Assembly (NCBI GenBank): GCA_030390025.1
Contig: CM059431.1
Coordinates: 95,668,001-95,732,000 of the forward strand
Length of the DNA: 64,000 bases
Direction of reading: 5' to 3'
From: Squalus acanthias
Taxonomy: Eukaryota
This document shows, in pieces, positions 10,061 to 22,402 of the stretch. Made by a program: the position numbers and the translations under genes. The notes beneath the pieces are model-generated. The model was not told the DNA's origin. It ran no database searches and saw nothing but the letters and a program-made list of their open reading frames with translations. Every line of letters starts with the position of its first letter. Position 1 is the stretch's first letter.

Positions 10061-13000
10061 ATAGAATCATAGAACAGTATAGCACAGAAGGAGGCCATTC
10101 GAAGAGCAATCCAGTTAGTCCCACTCCCCCACTCTTTCCCCATAGCCCTGCAATTTTTTTCTCCTTCAAGTATTTATCCAAATCCCTTTTGAAGGCTACC
10201 ATTGAATATGTATCCACCACGCAATCAGGCAGTGCATTCCAAATCCTAAACATTCGTTGCATAAAAAAAATTTCCTCACGTTGTCTCTGGTTCTTTTGTC
10301 AATCACCTTAAATCTGCCCTTTCGTTATCGACCCTTCAGCCACTGAAAACAATTTCTCTTATTTACTCTATCTAAAACCTTCATGATTTTGGACACCTCT
10401 ATCAAATCTCCTCTCAGCCTTTTCTGCTCCAGGGAGAACAACCCCAGCTTTTCTAGTCTATCCACGTAATTGTATTCCCTCATCCCTGGAACATTCTAGT
10501 AAACCTCTTCTGTACCCTCTCCAAAGCCTTCACGTCCTTCCTAAAGTGTGGTGCCCAGAATTGGACACAATACTCCAGCTGGGGCCGAACTAGTCTTTAT
10601 ATAGGTTTAGCATAACTTCCTGGCTTTTGTACTCTCTGCCTCTATTTATAACAGATACATCGACGACATCTTCTTCCTTTGGACCCACGGCGAAGGATCA
10701 CTGAAAGGACTACACGATAGCATCAACAGGTTCCATCCCACCATCAAACTCACCATGGACTACTCCTCAGAATCGGTTTCATTCTTGGACACACGAATCT
10801 CCATCAAAGACGGACGCCTCAGCACTTCACTCTACCGCAAGCCCACGGACAACCTCACGATGCTCCACTTCTCCAGCTTCCACCCTAACCACGTTAAAGA
10901 AGCCATCCCCTATGGACAAGCCCTGCGAATACACAGGATCTGCTCAGACGAGGAGGAACGCGATGGACACCTACGGACACTGAAAGACGCTCTCGTAAGA
11001 ACGGGATATGACGCTCGACTCGTCGATCGACAGTTCCGACGGGCCACAGCGAAAAACCGCATAGACCTCCTCAGAAGACGAACACGGGACACAACCAACA
11101 GAGTACCCTACGTCGTCCAGTACTTCCCCGGAGCGGAAAAACTACGCCATGTTCTTCGCAGCCTTCAACATGTCATCGATGACGACGAACACCTTGCTAA
11201 GGCCATCCCCACGCCTCCACTACTCGCCTTCAAGCAGCCGCCTAACCTCAAAAGTACCATCGTTCGCAGCAGATTACCCATCTTTCAGGAGAACAGCAAC
11301 CAAGACACCACACAACCCTGCCACGGCAACCTCTGCAAGACATGCCAAATCATGGACACAGATACCATCATCACACGTGAGGACACTACCCACCAGGTAC
11401 ACGGTACATACTCATGTGACTCGGCCAACGTTGTCTACCTGATACGTTGCAGTAAAGGATGCTCCAGAGCATGGTACATCGGCGAGACCATGCAGACACT
11501 GAGACAACGTATGAACAGACACCGCGCAACAATCGCCAGGCAGGAGCGTTGCCTCCCAGTCGGGGAACACTTCAGCAGCCAGGGGCATTCAGCCTCGGAT
11601 CTGCGGGTAAGCGTTCTCCAAGGCGGCCTTCGAGATACACGACAGCGCAAAATAAAGCTCAGGATCCCATATGCTTTATTAATTGATTTGTTAACCTGTC
11701 CTGCCACCTTCAAAGATTTGTGCACAAGCACCCCCAGGTCTCTCTGTCCTTGCACATCCTTTAAAATTGTATCATTTAGTTTCCTATCAAAATGTATCAC
11801 CTCACATTTCTCTGCGTTGAATTTCATCTGCCATGTGTCTGACCATTCCACCAGCCTGTCTATGTCTTCTTGAATTATATTACTATCTACTCACTGTTTA
11901 CTATACTTCCAAGTTTCGGGTCATCTACAAATTTCGAAATTGTACCTTGTACCCCCAAGTCCAAGACATTAATGTATATCAAAAACAGCAGCGGACCTGG
12001 TACTGAACCTTGGGGAACGCCACTTTATACCTCCCTCCAGTCCAAAAACAGCCATTCACCACAACTCTCTGTTTTCTATCCATTCACCAATTTTGTATCC
12101 ATGCTGCGACTGCCCATTTTATCCCATGGGCTTCAATTTTGCTAACAAACCTAATATGTGGTACTTGAGCAAACGCCTTTTGAAAGTCCATATACACAAC
12201 ATCAACTGCACCACCCTCATCCACCCTCTCTGTTACCTCATCAAAAAACTCAATCAAGTTCGTCAAACACAATTTGCCGTTAACAAATCTATTCTGGCTC
12301 TCCTTTCTTAGTCCATGCTTGTCCAAGTGGCTGTTAATTTTCTCCTGGATTATTGTTTCTAAAAGCTTCCCCACCACCGACGTTAAACTGACTGGCCTGT
12401 AATTGCCAGGTTTATCCTTCTCGTACTGTCTCTTTGCCCCTCTTATTTCCTTTTTCACTTCTCCTCCATACACTTTATATTCACCCTGATTTGCCCTTGT
12501 ATTATCAAGTTGACATCTGTCATACGCCCCCTTTTTCTGCTTCATTCTACTCTCAACTCCTTCATCATCCAGGGAGCTCTAGCTTTGGTTGCCCTCCCTT
12601 TCCCCTTGTAGGAATGTACCTAGACTGTATCCGAACGATCTCTTCTTTAAAGGCTGCCCGTTGATCCGTTACATTTCTGCCTGCCAGTCTTTGACACCAA
12701 TTTACCCGGGCCAGATTCCTCCTCAATTTGCTGAAATTAGCCCTCCTCCAGTTAAGTATTTTTATTCTAGATTGCTTCTTGTCTTTCTCAATAATTACTA
12801 TGATCACTATTCCCGAGATGCTCTCCAACTGTGACATTCTCCACTTGACCCACTTCATTCCCCAGGATTAGATCCAGCAATACCTCTTTCCTCATTGGGC
12901 AGGAAACATACTTGTGTTCTTTAGATTTGAGGTGACGATCAGATCAGCCATGATCTTATTGAATGGCGGAGCAGGCTCGAAGGGCCGATTGGCCTACTCC

Positions 13001-13710
13001 TGCTCCTATTTCTTATGTTCTTCTGTTCTTATACCGATCAAGAAAATTCTCCTGAACACACTTCAGAAATTCCGCCCCTTCTCTGCCCCACTCAATATTG
13101 GGGTAGTTAAAGTCTCCCATTATCACTACTCGAGAGTTCTTACACTTCTCAGTATTTTCCTTTCAAATCTGCTCCTCTATCTCCTTCCCACTATTTTGTG
13201 GCCTATAAAATACACAAAGTAGCGTAATAGCTCCTTTATTGTTTCTCAACTCCAACCAAATAGATTCTGTCTTTGATCCCTCAAGGACATTCTCTCTATC
13301 ACTGTAATATTTTCCTTAATCAAAACAGCTAAACCCCCTCCTTTTTTCCCTACCCTATCTTTCCTGAATACCTTGTACCCAGAAATATTAAGCATCCAAT
13401 CCTCCCCTTTTTCGAGCCAGGTCTCAGTTATTGCCACTGCATCATATTCTCTCATGGCTATGATCCCACCTAATTCTGTATTATTACCAACTCTAACTGT
13501 CTCTCCCTCTGTGCACCTTGTTTCTACTTTTTAATAATATATCCTGGTGCCCAACCCCCTGGCGAATTAGTTGAAACCTATCCCCACAGAACTAGTTAAC
13601 CTACCTGCAAGGATATTGGTCCCAGCTCTGTTCAGGTGCAAATCGTCCATCTTGAACAGGTCTCTCCTGCCACAGAACTGGTCCCAATGTCCCAGGAATC
13701 TGAAGCCCTC
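10061..13710 (-). mobile_element. Older CR1 LINE with internal deletions; hosts a Penelope fragment; its ORF1 resumes at ~17111-17290
   Basis: Tail ATAGAATCATAG at 10061; RT motifs (VDVVYMDFQKAF, NYRPVSLTS) and EN motif (AITETWL) on the minus strand. Confidence 0.85.
10653..11652 (+). mobile_element. Penelope-like element fragment: RT C-terminus, Cys-rich linker and GIY-YIG endonuclease (Neptune-like)
   Basis: Uninterrupted frame: RYIDDIFFLW (10653), FLD, LYRKPTD, PCHGNLCKTC, NVVYLIRC...WYIGET, LRQRMNRHR. Confidence 0.92.
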
Positions 13711-16700
13711 ACTCATAGAGTCATAGAGTTATACAGCACAGAAAGAGGCCCTTCGGCCCATCGTGTCCGTGCCGGCCATCAAGCCCTGTCTATTTTAATC
13801 CCAGTTTCCAGCACTTGGTCCATAGTCTTGTATGCTATGGCACTTCAAGAGTTCATCTAAATGCTTCTTGAATGTTGTGAGGGTTCCTGCCTCTACCACC
13901 CTTTCAGGCAGTGAGTTCCAGATTCCAACCACCCTCTGGGTGAAAAAGTTTTTCCTCAAATCCACTCTAAACCTCCTGCCCCTTACCTTGAAACTATGCC
14001 CCCTGGTTATTGACCCCTCTACTAAGGGGAAAAGTTCCTTTCTATCTACCCGATCTATGCCCCTCATAATTTTGTACACCTCAATCAGGTCCCCCCTCAG
14101 CCTTCTCTGCTCTAAGGAAAACAACCCCAGCCTGTCCAGTCTCTCTTCATAGCTGAAGCGCTCCAGCCCAGGCAACATCCTGGTGAATCTCCTCTGCACA
14201 CTCTCCAATGCAATCACATCCCTCCTATAGTGTGGCGACCAGAACTGCACACAGTATTCCAGCTGTGGCCTAACTAGCGTTTTGTACAGCTCCATCATAA
14301 CCACCATGCTCTTATAATCTATGCCTCGGTTAATGAAGGCAAGTATTCCATATGCCTTATCTACCTGCCCTGCTGCCTTCAGGGATCTATGTACATGCAG
14401 ACCAAGGTCCCTCTGATCCTCTGTCCTTCCTAGGATCCTACCATTCATTGTGTATTCCCTTGCCTTGTTAGTCCTCCCAAAATGCATCACCTCACACTTT
14501 TCAGGGTTAAATTCCATTTGCCACTGTTCTGCCCATCTAACCATCACGTCTATATCGTCCTGTAGCCTGAGGCTTCCCTCCTCGCTATTTACCACCCCAC
14601 CAATTTTCGTGTCATCTGCAAACTTACAGATCATACCTCCTACATTCATATCTAAATCATTAATGTACACTACAAACAGCAAAGGACCCAGCACCGATCC
14701 CTGCGGTACACCACTGGACACAGGCTTCCAGTCACAAAAACAACCTTCGACCATCACCCTCTGCCTCCTGCCACTAAGCCAATTTTGGATCCAATGTGCC
14801 AAATTGCCCTGAATCCCATGGGCTCTTACCTTCTTGACCAGTCTCCCATGTGGGACTTTATCAAAAGCCTTACTGAAGTCCATGTAGACTACATCAACTG
14901 CACTACCCTCATCCACACACCTAGTCACCCCCTCAAAAAATTCAATCAAATTGGTCAGACATAATCTCCCCCTGACAAAGCCATGCTGACTATCCCTGAT
15001 TAATCACTGCCTCTCCAAGTGGAGACTAATTCTGTCCCTCAGAATTTTTTCCAATAATTTCCCAACCACTGATGTTAGGCTCACTGGCCTGTAATTCCCT
15101 GGTTTATCCCAACTACCCTTCTTGAATAATGGTACTATGTTAGCTGTTCTGCAGTCCTCTGGCACCTCCCCTGTGGCCAGAGAGGTTCTGAAAATTTGTG
15201 TCAGAGCCCCTGCAATCTCCTCTCTTGCCTCACACAGCAGCCTGGGATACATCCCGTCAGGGCCTGGGTATTTATCCACTTTTAAGCCCGCTAAAACCTC
15301 TAGTACCTCCTCCCTCTCAATACTAATTTGTTCAAGTATATCACAATCCCCCTGCCTGATTTCTATGCCTGCATCACCCTTCTCCATAGTGAACACAGAT
15401 GCAAAATATTCATTTAAAACCTCACCTACATCTTCCAGCTCTACACACAGATTGCCACTTTGGTCCCTAATGGGCCCTACTCTTTCCCTGGTTATTCTCT
15501 TGCCCTTAATATACTTATAAAACACCTTGGGATTTTCCTTTATTTTGCCCGCCAGTGTTTTTTCATGCCCCCTCTTCGCTCTCCTAATTTCTTTTTTAAG
15601 TACCCCCATGCACTTTCTATACTCCTCTGGGGCTTCCACTGTTTTTAGTCCTTTGTATCTGCCAAAAGCCTCCCTTTTTTTCCTAATCTATTCTTGTCTA
15701 TCCCTTGACATCCAGGGTTCCCTGGGCTTGTTGGTCCCACCCTTGACCTTTACGGGAACATGTTGGCATTGTACTCTCTCTATTTCCTTTCTGAAAGACT
15801 CCCATTGCTCTGATGTGGATTTTCCTACAAGTAGCTGATCCCAGTCCATTTTGGCCAGATCCTCCTTATCATATTAAAATCGGCCTTCCCCCAATTTAGA
15901 ACCTTTATTTCCAGTCCATCTTTGTCCTTTTCCATGACTACCTTAAATCTCACTGAATTATGGTCACTGTCACCAAAATGCTCTCCTACTAACACATCTA
16001 CCACTTGCTCGGCTACATTCCCTAGAATTAGGTCCAGTACCGCCCCCTCTCTTGTAGGACTTTCTACATGCTGGCTCAAAAAGCTCTCCTGGGTGCACTT
16101 TAAGAATACCGCACCCTCTGAGCCTTTCACATTCTGACTATCCCAGTTAATATTGGGGAAGTTGAAATCCCCTACTATTATTATCCTATTATTTCTACAC
16201 TTCTCTGAGATTTGCCTACATATCTGTTCCTCTATCTCCCCCTGAGTGTTTGGGGGCCTATAGTACACTCCCAGCAAAGTGCTTGCCCCCTTTTTGTTTT
16301 TAAGTTCTACCCATATGGCCTCATTAGAGGAACCTGCTAAGATATCATCCCTCCTTACAGCAGTAATTGACTCCTTGATTAATATTGCGACACCCCCTCC
16401 TCTTTTACACCCCCCTCTGTCTCGCCTGAAGATTCTATACCCTGGAATATTGAGCTGCCAGTCCTGCCCCTCCCTCAACCATGTCTCTGTGATAGCAACA
16501 ATATCATACTCCCATGTGTTCATCAACACCTTCAATTCATCTGCCTTACTCGCAAGACTCCTTGCATTAAAATAAATGCCATCCAGCCTTGTCATACTCC
16601 CTTGTGCCGTTACATATTTGCTCTGCCTTCCAGGCTGACTTGTTTTTCCCTCTATATTTGGCTGTGCATCACCCTCTACTATAGCTCCACTCCGTATCCC

Positions 16701-17110
16701 ATCCCCCTGCTGAGTTAGTTTAAACAACCCCCAACTGTACCAGCAAACCTCCCCGCAAGGATGTTGGTCCCGTTCCGGTTCAGTTGTAACCCGTCCAACT
16801 TGTACAGGTCCCACCTTCCCCAGAAGCAGACCCAGTGATCGAGGAAACTAAAGCCCTCCCTCCTGCACCAACTCTTTAGCCACGCATTCATCTGCTCTAT
16901 CCTCCTATTCCTATACTCACTAGCACGTGGTACCGGGAGTAATCCAGAGATTACAACCTTTGAGGTCCTGCTTTTTAATCTGCTACCTAGCTCCCTGAAT
17001 TCTTGTTGCAGGACCTCATCACTCTTTCTACCCATGTCGTTGGTACCAATGTGAACCACGACCTCTGACTGTTCGCCCTCCCCCTTCAGAATGCCCTGTG
17101 GCTGTTCAGT
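13711..17110 (-). mobile_element. Young CR1 LINE, 5'-truncated within ORF1; ORF2 broken by a few frameshifts/stops
   Basis: ORFs 16715-17173 (esterase end), 15825-16814 (APE endonuclease), 15004-15639 and 13795-14949 (RT, FADD); nearly the same protein as the 46318-50410 copy. Confidence 0.95.
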
Positions 17111-17290
17111 GCATCCTGCACCATGTCTGTAGCCATGCATTAACCTGCCATATCTTCCTATTTCTAATCTCATTAGCGTGTGGCACTGGAAGTAATCCAG
17201 AGATTACTATACTGAGGTCTTGCTTTTTAACTTCCTCCCCAGCTCCTGAAACTCTGACTGCAGGACCTCAACCCTCTTCCTCCCTATTTC

Positions 17291-17400
17291 GCTGCTCCTT
17301 CGTCAGGTGATTTCAAATAAAGCTGTTGGACTATAACCTGGTGTTGTGCGACTTCTCACTTTTGTCCACCCCAGTCCAACACCGGCATCTCCGCATCATG
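17291..17400 (+). mobile_element. Short Penelope pseudo-LTR/tail fragment with a small 5' inversion
   Basis: Matches 6001-6094; preceded by the inverted half-hammerhead GCTGCTCCTTCGTCAG. Confidence 0.8.
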
Positions 17401-17939
17401 GATACTTTTGACAGATAGCCCTGGCAAAAGTATGAATGGGGATCACTGAAAAAAGACACTAAAACATTAAGTACATTTTTTTTTAAACCATCACGTTTTT
17501 AAAATGAGTTAAAATGACATTAAATTAAATATTTTATACAAAATTTTAATTTTTTGAAAAAAATAATTAAAGTTTTTATGGGGCTAAAAATAAACTTACC
17601 CTTTTTAAAAGTATTTTAAAATTATAAATGAGTGAAAAAAAATATTTTTTTTACTTTTATAAACTCTTATGCTGATAAAAACAGGCCTTACGCATGCTTT
17701 TACCAGGCGTAAGATTTCTAAGAGTTTTCAGCGGGCGGAGGTTCTGCAGAAAGCGGAACTCTCCGCCCGCAGAGGCCCTTCTCCAGGGCAGGCGTCCGAT
17801 CTGTCAAGAGCATTCTTGACAGATTTGAAATGCCGGTTTTTAGCGCATGCGCTTCGCATGCCTGAATCCGGCATTTCCGAGGTCCCTACGGGTGTGTACA
17901 CAGCTCGTTCACACCTGTAGGCATCGGAAAATACGGGCC
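17401..17939. mobile_element. Harbinger-type MITE family B, partial copy
   Basis: AT-rich core with AAAAATAAACTTACC and terminal GAAAATACGGGCC; homologous to 40500-40986. Confidence 0.65.
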
Positions 17940-18063
17940 AAGGTGATTTATTTAATTGCTGTTCACTAGGTCTAAACTACACTGCAATTTTTCTATTCGA
18001 TCCTCAGAGCAAACTACCCAAAGCCTAAATTATTTACTCAAGCTTAACAAGAGTAAACACAAA

Positions 18064-18702
18064 GGGGGAAAAATTCGGTCTCGACCATTTTGGGGCGGTT
18101 TCATCGCCTGGGCGCTAACTTTAGCACCCAGCGGTAATTAGCGCCGGCAACCATGAAATTGAGTTTTAGTGCCCCAAGAGGGAAGTGGAGCGCTAAAACA
18201 AGCACTCCAGTTCCTTCTTAGGGCGCTAACGTCGGAGAGCGGGGCGGAGACTTCAGCAGCGCTGCCGTGTTCAAAGGCTCCTTCCCTCCCTTAAAGGGAA
18301 GGGCCATCGCTGCAGGCTCTGCAATTTAAAAAGTACCAACCTGGACCACCAAGGCAGCCGCGATCCCGCGTGATCAGCCCAGCACTCAAGCAGAGTGCCG
18401 GGCTGATTAATCGCGGGCAGGAACCCGCAAAAAAAACTACAACAGGAAAGGTAAGTTTATTTTTCACTTACCTCGGCCACCTCGCCTTTAATCATCGCCC
18501 CCGAAGCAGCCGCCCGCCTCCTGCAGCTGTCGGTGTTTTCGCCCGGCGCTGCTGCAGGGGGCGGAAGTCAATTTTGGGTCCAGGGCGTTATGGGGCGATA
18601 TGCACGGCGATGACGTCACGATCTCCGGGCGAAGGAGATCGGGGCGCAACGCCGTAGCGCCGCCGCAAAACTCCTGCACAAAGGCACCCAATTTTCACCC
18701 CC
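18064..18702. mobile_element. Harbinger-type MITE, family A, copy 2
   Basis: TIRs GGGGGAAAAATT / AATTTTCACCCCC; AAA on both flanks; reverse-complement homolog of 2074-2764. Confidence 0.85.
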
Positions 18703-18974
18703 AAAGAACCTAAATATTAGATTTTTAGATACTTAACTTAGAATCCTTGGGTTCTGTGGCTCCACTCCTTCTTTTGTGTTGAACATGAGAAACCGCCTTC
18801 CTCCTCTCCACCGAATCCCTACTATCACCACACTCTCAGCTTCCACTCTGTGATCCACTCCGATTGCAATTTACCCAACTCTGTCTCCAAGCTCTGTGCT
18901 CAAGCTCTTTTTACGCTACCCATGTAAAATAAACTATCACCAGTGTTAAATCAACTCCAATTGGAAAATCGAGG

Positions 18975-19325
18975 CCAATGAAGGAAAGGGAAAGGGAAAA
19001 TGAGAAAATAAAAAGAGAGAGGTGAGAAAAGAAGAGAGGGAGTAAAGAAGAGAGGGAGAAAAGGAGAGAGAGAGGGAGAAAAAGAGAGAGCAAAGAGAGA
19101 GAATATGAGGGGGCGAACAGAGGGGAGAACGGGAGAAAAGAGAGGAGGATTAAAAAGGAGAAAAGGAAATAAACCAGCGAAGAAAAAAAGAAAAAAAGAG
19201 AAGAAAAAAGGACAAAAAAAAATAAAAAGAGAAGAAAAAGAAGAGATAAAAGTGAAAAGGAGAAAATAAAATAAAAGGACTTGCATTTAAAAAACACAAG
19301 AAAAATCAGAGATAAGGAAAGATCA
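18975..19325. repeat. A/G-rich low-complexity polypurine tract
   Basis: About 350 bp of almost only A and G; produces spurious F/L/S-rich minus-strand ORFs. Confidence 0.9.
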
Positions 19326-19337
19326 TTTGAAGTTAAT

Positions 19338-19727
19338 CGGGGAGAAATTCATTATTGCCCAGTGAAACAGCACTAACCTGAGAGTGCGACTCATTACTCA
19401 TGATCCCTTTAAGTAGCCCCCTGGAGCCGGCTACCAATTGCTTCTCACCTCCTCTCCCTGTCGCTGATGGGGCGAGGCACTAAGGCATGGGGCCATAATC
19501 AATTTCGCAGATCGGGCGCCCAATGAGCGTTGCACGCTCACTGACGTCATGATCTGCCTTCTGCTTAAGTCCCCGGTGCTAACTCGTAGCAGCGGAGCTA
19601 TGGGGGGGGAGGGCGAATTTGGCGTGTAGCGCTGGATTCGCCTCACCACAGCGCTACTGCCTCAGCATCCTGTAAGCACACCCGCCAGGTGCTAATTGGA
19701 GGCACTAAGGTACCAAATTTCTCCCCC
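19338..19727. mobile_element. Harbinger-type MITE (390 bp)
   Basis: TIRs (C)GGGGAGAAATT / AATTTCTCCCCC; AAT on both flanks. Confidence 0.7.
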
Positions 19728-19879
19728 AATGCCTCCAGTATGCTATTTTGAATAAATCCTTTTTTATCTCTACTATTTTTCTTGGTAGATCAATGAAGTA
19801 TTTATCACGCTGCAGTATGCATGTTCTTTATTCTGCTTTCTGTACTATATTTACTTTTCACAATTTTCATTGATGTTGT

Positions 19880-21819
19880 TTGGTCGGTAGCGCAATCGAA
19901 TGAGTCGATTACGGACAGCTCAGGGTAGAAAGGGGCTGTCTGGGTTGTCTCCTCCCTTCCGCTTCCTCCTCTTCCAGTTCCTCCTCCTCTTCCGCTTCCT
20001 CCTCCTTCTCTTCAGTTGGTCGCCATATGCCTGGTGGCAAGGGCTGTGCCCTCATGATGGCAAGGTTATGGAGCATGCAGCAGACCTCGACGAATCTTGA
20101 GACGCACTCTGGCGAGCACTGCAGGGCTCTTCCAGAACGGTCCAGGCAGTGGAACCATTGCTTCAGCACCCCAGTGGTCTGCTCTATGATGTTTCATGTG
20201 GCAGCATGGCTGCCATTGTACGCATGCTGGCCACATGTGAATCGTGGTTGTGAATCGGAGTCATGAGCCAGGTGGTCAAGGGATAGCCCTTGTCACCCAG
20301 CAGCAAGTCTCTGGTTTGCCGTGGTGCGTCAAATACTGAGGGAACAGCGGACTGGCACAGAATAAATGCATCATGACTGCTGCCAGGATACCGGGCATTA
20401 ACGATCATGATGTGCTGAGCATGGTTTCACATCAACTGTACATTAAGCGAGTGGAAACCTTTGCGGTTGCGGTACATCTCAGCATTTAGATGTGGCGCCC
20501 GCAAAGCCACAAGCGTACAGTCGATGGTGCCCTGCACCATGGGGAAGCCCGCTATCCTGGCAAAGCCACGTGCACGCACCGAATGCTTCTCTCTGGTCAG
20601 AGAGCAGACAATGAAGTCCCCTCTCCTGGCATAAAGAGCGTCTGTCACCTCTCTTATGCAGCAGTAGACGGCGAACTGGGAGATGTTACATAGTTTCAAA
20701 GAAATTTACAGCACAGAAGGAGGCCATTTGGCCCATCTTGTCCGTGCCGGCCGACAAAGAGCTATCCAGCCTAATCCCACTTTCCAGCACTTGGTCCGTA
20801 TCCTTTTAGGTTACGGCACTTCAAGTGCATATCCAAGTACTTTTTAAATGTGATGAGGGTCTCTGCCTCTACCACCCTTTCAGGCAGTGAGTCCCAGACC
20901 CCCACCACCCTCTGCATGAAAAAGTTTCTCCTCAATTCCCCTCTAAACCTCCTACCAATTACTTTAAATCTATGCCCCCTCGTATCGACCCCTCTGCCAA
21001 GGGAAATAGGTCCTTCCTATCAACTTTATCTAGGCCCCCCATAATTTTATACACCTCAATTAGGTCTTCCCTCAGCCTCCTCTGTTCTAAAGAAATCAAC
21101 CCCAGCCTATCCAATCTTTCCACATAGCGAAAATAGCTGATGTAAGAGAATTGCTCTCGGAAGACCCTAGTTGGGTAAGGCCTCCTGCTGAGAGCCCTTG
21201 TCCTCCACCTCCTCCTCGCTCTGCAAGCAGCTTGTCCTCTTCTTTCTTGCCTCTGAGCCATCTCTCTGTCATGCTGCAAGCCAAGGGGGATGACAACTAG
21301 AGCCCTCATGACTGGGAGCAAGTGATCTGATCAGAACCCTTGAATTCAGAAGCAAGGCCTTCTCCACTTGCAGCACCACTCCCTGTCACCTCACCAACTT
21401 TAAACAACTCTAGAAAGCTCCAAACACTTCCACAAACTTACACAGAGCCAGTAGAAATCAATCAGCAACTAACCTTAGAGCGGTTGCTGATCACTTGAAA
21501 TAACTGCTGGGGGTTTCTGGCTGATGCTGAACGCATGTTCAGCTGTGTGAGCTGATCACAGGCCGTTAGCTGGAGCGTTGACGATGAAAATAGCAAAGCT
21601 GGCATCAAATCAGCGTTGCACGCAGATTGATGTCATGATCTGTGCACTCTACATTCTTCCAGCACGCGCTCCAAGCACCTGCCTTACCGTCCTCACCAAG
21701 GTGGCGTCTGGCACGGCAAGCACCAGAAGTGTGCGTGCGCAGTGCGGACATCATTTGTGGCACAAAACAGCACCCATAGCACCAAAAAATCAGGTGCTAT
21801 GGAGTCAAATTTTTCACCC
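19880..21819 (-). pseudogene. Harbinger transposase pseudogene with one element end
   Basis: GFPMVQGTIDCT, NRKGFHSLNVQL, ARYPGSSHDAFIL, LLGDKGYPL, CCMLHNLA and acidic tail; terminal AAATTTTTCACCC at 21819. Confidence 0.88.
20689..21136 (-). mobile_element. CR1 3' fragment inserted in the Harbinger transposase
   Basis: Reverse homolog of 270-708 (ERLDRLGLISLEQRRLREDLIEVYKIM). Confidence 0.88.
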
Positions 21820-22402
21820 ATAGAATCTTATAGTGCAGAAGGAGCCCATTTGGCACATAGTGCCTGTGCTGGCTCTTAGGAAGAGCAGTCGAGCTTAGTC
21901 CCACATCCCTGCTTTTTGTCCGTAACCCTGTAAGTTCCTCATCCTCCAGTACCTGTCTAACTCCCTTTTAAACTATTTATGGAATCAGCTTCCACCACCT
22001 TTTCAAGTAGAGCTTTCCAGATCCTGACAACTCTCTGAGTGAAAAACTTTCTCCTCATCTCCCCTCTAGATCTTTTGCCAATGATTTTGAATCTATGACC
22101 TCTAGTTATTGACCCACTCGCCAGAGGGAATATATTTTTCCTATTTACTCAAAACCTCTCATCATCTTGAAAACCTCTATTAGGTGACCTCTTAAACTTT
22201 TCTGTTCCAACCTCACCTCATAACTGAAGTCCCTCATCCCTGGTAACATCCTGGTAAACCTCCTCTGTATCCCTTCTAAGGCCTTTACATCTTTCCTGAA
22301 GTGTGCTGCCCAGAATTGTCCACAATACTCCAGCTGAGGCCTAACCAGTGATTTATAAAGTTCTAGCATGATCTCTTTGCTTTCATATTCTATTCCTCTA
22401 TT
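21820..22402 (-). mobile_element. CR1 3' fragment
   Basis: [19 protein letters not shown] on the minus strand; tail ATAGAATC. Confidence 0.88.

Noticed and set aside
10051..10075. Harbinger TIR directly abutting a CR1 tail (also at 21819)
   Set aside because: Only two cases in a CR1-saturated region and no TSD to order the events; not distinguishable from chance.
10755..11873. 372-aa ORF as one novel fusion protein
   Set aside because: After ~11652 it is read-through into antisense CR1 sequence.
13832..16575. Many plus-strand ORFs antisense to CR1 ORF2
   Set aside because: Shadow ORFs that recur opposite every CR1 copy; no independent coding evidence.
18911..19297. Hydrophobic F/L/S-rich ORFs resembling membrane proteins
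   Set aside because: They are translations of a low-complexity purine/pyrimidine tract.
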